From Abditibacteriaceae bacterium (GTDB lineage Bacteria; Armatimonadota; Abditibacteriia; Abditibacteriales; Abditibacteriaceae): a stretch of 64,000 bases of DNA. Position 1 is the first letter of the stretch, and every line of letters starts with the position of its first letter. A program made the position numbers and the translations under genes. The notes under the pieces were generated by a model. It was not told the origin of the DNA. It made no database searches and worked only from the letters and a program-made list of their open reading frames with translations. Positions 58,865 through 64,000 of this stretch are shown one piece after another. The DNA is taken from NCBI GenBank assembly GCA_965277285.1, contig OZ255721.1:1888001-1952000 (forward strand), read 5' to 3'.

Positions 58865-61120
58865 TTAACGAGCGGCGGCGATGCCGACATCAATGCCCTG
58901 CCCGCCGATGGTCTGATGGACATGAACGGCGATGGTATTCTGCCCGGGCTTGAGCGCCGCGCGTCCCGCATCGCTCATCGGAACTTCTTTGTAGTCGTCG
59001 GTGTAACCCGTAACCGTTCCCGCCAACACGCCGTTGATATAAATCTCGGCGCCTTCGTCGTGACGAACCAGCAGGTTCAAGCGAGCTGGAATGTTACTCG
59101 GCAAAGCGAAGCGACGACGAATCCAGATGTCGCTGGTGTTCCAAAGCGTGCGCACGCCGCCCATGTCGTGGCCAAAGAGCGCCTCGCCAGTTTTCCAACC
59201 GCTGTCATTGAAGTTCGTAGTGAACCAATTGTCGGCGGGTTGCTCGGTTGTGTATTGCCATTGCAGCGGTTCTTCTTCGGAAGTCGGCACCAGGGCGGCG
59301 TCAGGATTGGGCGGCATCGGCAGGAACTGACCTCGATTCGCGGCGGCGACGATTTTCTGATCCATCTTCAAGACGGCTCGGTCGTAGGTCAAAACGCCAT
59401 TGATTTCCTGCTCGACATCGGTCAATTGCGTATAAACAACGGCGCTGGTGCCGCGCGTGTCTCTCAAGCCGTAAGCGGCTTTCATCAAGTTTTGGTAACG
59501 CTTGGTGGCCATCCAGCTCGAGTGTAAGGTCGCGCCGTAGCCCATGACATCAACGTTGGTTTGCCAGCGATGTCCCGGCACATTCATCGTGATGCCGCCA
59601 AATTCGCCGTTAACTGCGGCACGATTGGCTTCCGGTTCAGTTGAACCCGGGCCGGGATAAACGTGCGAGTCGTGCATATCGCCGACACCTTTATCGACCC
59701 AGCCGCTGGCGCTGTTGACCAAACGGCTCGGATCGATTTTTTTGGTCTCGGCCACGACGCGTTCGGTATCGTGCTGTCCCATGCCTTCGTTGAAGGTTGT
59801 CCATACGATAATCGAGGGCGAGTTGTGGTTTTCCGTCAAGATTTGGCGCCACTCGACATCGTATTGCGCTTTGGAACTGTCGGAGATCTCCTGGTTTGGC
59901 CCGTTGAACATTTGCGGCATATCCTGCCAGACCAGCATTCCCAACTTGTCCGTCCAATAATACCAGCGCGCCGGTTCGACTTTGGCGTGCTTGCGCAACA
60001 AATTCCAGCCCAAGTTTTTGGCGGCCTGAACATCGAACTTGAGGGCGTCATCGGTCGGCGCCGTATAAATGCCGTCTGGCCAGTAACCTTGATCGAGCGC
60101 GCCCACTTCAAACACGAACTTATTGTTGAGAAAAATGCGCTGTCGGCCCTGCGCGTCTTTGCCGAGCGAAATCTTTCGCATCGCAAAATACGAGTTCACG
60201 CTGTCAGCGCTCGCGCCCTGCCCCAATTCCACTTTCAAACCATAAAGAAATGGCGAATCGGGCGACCACAGTTTGGCGTTCGGAACAGGAATGCGCAGTT
60301 CCATATTCGCTGTTCCGCGCGCGATTGCAATGACTTTATCGCCATCAAGCGCCGTCACTTTGACTGGGAAATTCGCGCGTGCATTGACCGTTAAATGTAA
60401 TAGCGCAGCGTCCACATCGGGCGTCATGTCCAGTCTGTCGATGTTGGCGGCGGGAACTGGCTCCAGCCACACGCTTTGCCAGATGCCAGTCGCGCCCGTA
60501 TAAAAGATGCCGCCCGGCTTGATGCGCTGCTTGCCCACGACCTGCGTATCCGCCACATCGGCGGCAATCGGGTTCGCCGCTGTCACCACAAGTTCATTCT
60601 GTCCCGCTTTAAGCTGCGGCGTAATATCGAAGCTGAATCCGTCGTAGCCGCCCCGATGCGAACCGAGCAGTTGGCCGTTGAGCATCACGCTGGAGGTGTA
60701 GTTCACCGCGCCAAAATGCAGCAGCACGTTCTGGTTTCTCCATGCGGCGGGAACTGTAAACGTGCGCTTGTACCACAGTTTTTTCGTGACAGGTGAAGCT
60801 TTGCCGATTCCTGAAAGTGCCGCTTCATACGGATAAGGCACCAAAATCTGCTCGTTCATCGCGTCGGGCGCCGTTGTCGAAGCCGCATCGGTCAGGCCAT
60901 AAGACCATAATCCGTTGAGGCTTTGCCAGCGAGCGCGCGTCATCTGCGGGCGCGGATAATCGGGCAAAGCGTTTTGCGGCGAGACTTGTTTCGCCCACCG
61001 CGTTTGAAGTGCGCTGGACGCGATTTGCCATTGCGCTTGCGCGGGTGAATAGGAAACAAGCAGTCCGACAAATAGAGCCGGAAGAGCAACCATGCGAGAT
61101 CGTGTTTTCATATTCATCAT
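58865..61120 (-). CDS. Glycoside hydrolase family 2, secreted
   Basis: 'YPRPQM..WQSLNGLW', 'LHFGAV', 'GIWQSVWLE', 'LDQGYWPDG.YTAP', 'NEG', 'EFGG', 'TDVEQE.NG'. Confidence 0.92.
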   Translation of the reverse strand: MMNMKTRSRMVALPALFVGLLVSYSPAQAQWQIASSALQTRWAKQVSPQNALPDYPRPQMTRARWQSLNGLWSYGLTDAASTTAPDAMNEQILVPYPYEAALSGIGKASPVTKKLWYKRTFTVPAAWRNQNVLLHFGAVNYTSSVMLNGQLLGSHRGGYDGFSFDITPQLKAGQNELVVTAANPIAADVADTQVVGKQRIKPGGIFYTGATGIWQSVWLEPVPAANIDRLDMTPDVDAALLHLTVNARANFPVKVTALDGDKVIAIARGTANMELRIPVPNAKLWSPDSPFLYGLKVELGQGASADSVNSYFAMRKISLGKDAQGRQRIFLNNKFVFEVGALDQGYWPDGIYTAPTDDALKFDVQAAKNLGWNLLRKHAKVEPARWYYWTDKLGMLVWQDMPQMFNGPNQEISDSSKAQYDVEWRQILTENHNSPSIIVWTTFNEGMGQHDTERVVAETKKIDPSRLVNSASGWVDKGVGDMHDSHVYPGPGSTEPEANRAAVNGEFGGITMNVPGHRWQTNVDVMGYGATLHSSWMATKRYQNLMKAAYGLRDTRGTSAVVYTQLTDVEQEINGVLTYDRAVLKMDQKIVAAANRGQFLPMPPNPDAALVPTSEEEPLQWQYTTEQPADNWFTTNFNDSGWKTGEALFGHDMGGVRTLWNTSDIWIRRRFALPSNIPARLNLLVRHDEGAEIYINGVLAGTVTGYTDDYKEVPMSDAGRAALKPGQNTIAVHVHQTIGGQGIDVGIAAAR

Positions 61121-61427
61121 AAGAAACGTGTGTTTATCCCGTGAAGATTTCGCAAGATTTTCATTGTCAATGGGTGTTAAATCTTGCGCAACACACCCAA
61201 ATCAATGGCGGACAGTACGGATCGAGTACTCGATGAGCAAGTTGTGCAACACTACGAACACCATCAAAAACGGGAGTTGCCTTTGCTTGTAAGACAAGCT
61301 GGAGCATTTAGAACGACGGGGCATTGGAATTTTTTGCGGTGCTGATATTTTATCTTTTCTGAGCCTTTGCGCACAATCCGCCCACATCGAGAACGATGCG
61401 CTTCGGTCACAACCTCGTTCCCGCATT

Positions 61428-62642
61428 TCAACGCATGCGCCACACCGCGATTTTGCCGTCCGCGTAACCCGCCGCCAAATGATTCCCATCAGGCGCAAAA
61501 GTGAGCGCCGTTACAGCGTTGCGGTTCGGTAAAACACCTAAAGTTGCGCCATTTCGAGTACTCGATAGCACAATCGCGCCGTCATCTGAACCGCTCGCCA
61601 ATATCGTGCTGTCGGGCGAGAAGGCAACAATTTGCACGGCTTTGGAATGGGCTTTGATTGTGCGCAACAGCTGACTGTTTTGTGCGTTCCACAGGCAAAC
61701 CGAATTATCGGCGTGGCCGGTTGCGATAGTTTTGCCGTCCGGCGAAAAAAGAATCGTTTGGATGACCCGGTTGCCATCGCCTTTAACAAATTTCTCCTCT
61801 TTGTAGTATTTCTCCTGCGCCCAAATCATCTTGTTCGTTTTGGTGTCAACAAGCGCAAGCGTGTTTTCTCGGCTACCAATAACATAAGTTTTGCTGTCAG
61901 GAGAAAAAGCCATGCGGTAACAGAGAACTTCGTCATCGAGACCGGGAACATGGGAATTATCAGGTTCCTCTATGTAAGGCTCTCGTCGCAATTTTTTCTT
62001 ATCTACAGACCACCACTCTTTACCGCCTTCTTGGAAACGCCCGAAGGTAAAACCAGTAAGAACCTTGTCGCCGCCTGGCGAAAACGCCAATTGAAAAAAG
62101 TATTGCATAGAGTCCCCGCCATTAGGCAGCGGCGGATAATCAGGATGCTGCGTATATTGCTGCCACAACGATTTCCCATTTGCTGCATCAATTAACTGCA
62201 AACCTTGGAAAGCCGTTGAAATGATGACGATTCTTTTCAAGCCAGGTGAAAAAACGACGAAATCTGCCGCAGGCAGAAGTGGCAACGTTTTCTGCGTTCG
62301 CAACGTTGATGCGTCGAGCATTTCCACTTTCAGTTGTGGCGCAGGTGCGCGGGGATTATCCGAGTTTTTTACGTTGTTTCCCGCGCTTGCCAAAGTTTTG
62401 CTGTCCGATGAGAAAGTGAGAGCGGCGACGGCACTTTTGTAAACCTGCCGCACCATCGGTTTCTGCACCACAAGGCGCGGCTGAACTTCGACAGGCTGAA
62501 CTTGCGCAGGTTGCGTTTGAGCCGTTCGTGTCTGCACATTTTGCGCAGCCGGATTCTGCGAAGCGCATCCGCCCAAAGCCGAAGCAAACACAATAGGTAA
62601 CGCCAGACTAAAATGCCGCGATCTCAAGAGTTTATTATTCAT
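61428..62642 (-). CDS. WD40-repeat lipoprotein (paralog of 46708-47922)
   Basis: Lipobox 'ALGGC'; long identical stretches with the 46708 gene (e.g. 'ENTLALVDT..KMIWAQEKYYKE'). Confidence 0.85.
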   Translation of the reverse strand: MNNKLLRSRHFSLALPIVFASALGGCASQNPAAQNVQTRTAQTQPAQVQPVEVQPRLVVQKPMVRQVYKSAVAALTFSSDSKTLASAGNNVKNSDNPRAPAPQLKVEMLDASTLRTQKTLPLLPAADFVVFSPGLKRIVIISTAFQGLQLIDAANGKSLWQQYTQHPDYPPLPNGGDSMQYFFQLAFSPGGDKVLTGFTFGRFQEGGKEWWSVDKKKLRREPYIEEPDNSHVPGLDDEVLCYRMAFSPDSKTYVIGSRENTLALVDTKTNKMIWAQEKYYKEEKFVKGDGNRVIQTILFSPDGKTIATGHADNSVCLWNAQNSQLLRTIKAHSKAVQIVAFSPDSTILASGSDDGAIVLSSTRNGATLGVLPNRNAVTALTFAPDGNHLAAGYADGKIAVWRMR

Positions 62643-62789
62643 ATTACGAGTTCCTTTTGCCGCCTTCATTATCGCACGAATGTTCATCGCAAGTGAACAA
62701 ATGCAGGCTAAAATCGTGCATACTTTCCAGCGATAACTTGAGATCGACCAATCGAGTACTCGATATTCTCTTTAGCACTTTCCCCAACC

Positions 62790-64000
62790 ATGATTAACGA
62801 TTTCGCGCATCCGCGCCCCGAATATCCCCGACCCGACCGGCAACGCGGCCTGATCGAAGGGCAAGATTGGCTCAACCTGAACGGCGCCTGGCAGTTTCGC
62901 TTCGATGGCGAGCGCATCGGCATCGAAGAACAATGGTTTTCGCCCGATAAAGACGATTGGCGGCAGCAGATCATCGTGCCGTTTTGCTGGGAATCTCTGG
63001 CCGCATGGGGCGAAGGCGACGCGGCGGGCAACGACAATTATTATTCGACGCGCGTTTTTCGCAATCCTTTGGAAGTCAACAACCTCAATCACCGCACGGC
63101 GCCGCGCTACGAAGTCGGCTGGTATCGCCGCGAAGTCGTCATTCCCAACACGCCGCAATGGGAAGAAAAACGTGTCATTTTGACGATTGGCGCGGCGGAT
63201 TTCTTCACCGAATGCTGGTGCAATGGAACCTACCTGGGCCGTCACGAAGGCGGTTACACGCCGTTTGAATTTGACCTGACCGACGAACTGGCGATTGATC
63301 ACGACGGTGTGCGCAGCGCGATAGTTGTGTTGCGCGTGGAAGACCCGATGGACAACCGCGAGCAGCCCGTCGGCAAGCAATGGAACTGGTACACCACGAC
63401 GAGCGGCATCTGGCAAACCGTCTTTGTCGAGCCGCGCCACGAAACGCATATTTCGAGTTTCCGCGTTCTAACACACATCGAAACCAAACGCGCTGGCTGG
63501 CTCATTCAATGCGACAAAGCGCCTGACGGTTGTGTTGTGGAACTGGAGATCATTCGTCCCGATGGCGAAGTTTTCGTCAAAACGATTGTGGTGCAAGGCG
63601 GCGTCGCCGAAGGCTTTATCGAAACCGATCCGCTGTTTTTGTGGGAGCCGAACACGCCGCATCTTTATGGCGGGGTGCTGCGGCTGAAATCGAGTACTCG
63701 ATTGGGCAAAACCCCGCAAACCTTCGACACCGTGCGCACTTATTTCGGGATGCGCAGCATCGACGCCGCGCCTGCCAACAGCGACGACCCGACGGCGCCG
63801 CTGGCGTTACGCATTAACGACAAGCCGCGTTATCTGCGCGGCGCGCTTTATCAAAGCTATTATCCCGAAGGCGTTTACACCGCGAGCGACGCGCGAACCT
63901 TGCGCCAAGACATCGAATATGCCAAGAATGCGGGCTTCAATTTTCTGCGCATTCACATCAAAATCGACGATCCGCTCGTTCTTTATTACGCCGATACGAT
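62790..64000 (+). CDS. Glycoside hydrolase family 2 (partial; runs off the right edge)
   Basis: Hand translation from ATG at 62790: 'HPRPEYPRPD...WLNLNGAWQF', 'HEGGYTPF', 'GKQ...SGIWQTV', 'YFGMR', 'LRIHIK'. Confidence 0.88.
   Translation, partial: MINDFAHPRPEYPRPDRQRGLIEGQDWLNLNGAWQFRFDGERIGIEEQWFSPDKDDWRQQIIVPFCWESLAAWGEGDAAGNDNYYSTRVFRNPLEVNNLNHRTAPRYEVGWYRREVVIPNTPQWEEKRVILTIGAADFFTECWCNGTYLGRHEGGYTPFEFDLTDELAIDHDGVRSAIVVLRVEDPMDNREQPVGKQWNWYTTTSGIWQTVFVEPRHETHISSFRVLTHIETKRAGWLIQCDKAPDGCVVELEIIRPDGEVFVKTIVVQGGVAEGFIETDPLFLWEPNTPHLYGGVLRLKSSTRLGKTPQTFDTVRTYFGMRSIDAAPANSDDPTAPLALRINDKPRYLRGALYQSYYPEGVYTASDARTLRQDIEYAKNAGFNFLRIHIKIDDPLVLYYADT

Larger units (their letters stand above)
650..63701. 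repeat. Highly iterated dispersed palindrome WTCGAGTACTCGAW (12-bp core TCGAGTACTCGA)
   Basis: Perfect cores start at 650, 1593, 4444, 6765, 8699, 10066, 10903, 12618, 13599, 14253, 17221, 17996, 20227, 20976, 23363, 24391, 25939, 26858, 27477, 28512, 31422, 32219, 32693, 33618, 34903, 35619, 36783, 38414, 39314, 39850, 40429, 41723, 42576, 43607, 46834, 48309, 48468, 50198, 51572, 52693, 54542, 58719, 61222, 61554, 62752, 63690 (46, manual count). Near-perfect variants at about 2200, 2925, 7271, 8190, 9200, 10782, 15244, 16265, 19036, 20478, 26174, 30020, 34404, 35424, 36278, 44461, 45247. Confidence 0.97.

Noticed and set aside
650..63701. Palindrome as CRISPR repeats, or as a linker/adapter artefact
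   Set aside because: Spacing is irregular (about 0.16-4 kb) with no cas genes. Copies preserve reading frames, have natural variants and are shared between paralogs, which a ligation artefact would not produce.
650..63701. Palindrome as an intrinsic terminator or an ordinary regulon operator
   Set aside because: No loop or U-tract; half the copies are mid-gene and density is far above that of a normal regulon. It does not match LexA or parS consensus sequences that I know.
1..64000. rRNA, tRNA, integron integrase, RAYT transposase or DNA methyltransferase genes
   Set aside because: None recognised in the window, so the trans-acting factors for the palindrome, REPs and attC must lie elsewhere if they exist.

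Overview
A GC-rich bacterial chromosomal window with about 45 protein-coding genes. It holds central-carbon genes (fba, a group III PFK, zwf, pgl, DAHP synthase), a surface-glycan cluster (GT2s, flippase, GT2/GT-C fusion), envelope genes (LptF/G-like, ArnT-like, BamB-like, CNNM/CorC), a glycoside hydrolase cluster (GH78, GH130, GH92, two GH2, a BSP-family protein) bracketed by two paralogous WD40 lipoprotein genes, one complete IS5-family element, three families of REP/REPIN-like hairpins, and an orphan integron-type gene cassette with an attC site. The dominant unexplained signal is a highly iterated palindrome, WTCGAGTACTCGAW. I counted by eye 46 perfect copies of the 12-bp core (about 1 per 1.4 kb; chance expectation about 0.004 per window) plus about 17 near-perfect variants. 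It occurs in most larger intergenic spacers and inside genes in all three reading frames, is conserved at silent sites between paralogs, and is absent from the IS and from the AT-rich foreign genes. This suggests a HIP1-like or chromosome-wide protein-binding site system that I do not recognise as described. No rRNA, tRNA or CRISPR array was seen. All product calls come from motif recognition by eye, not database searches.
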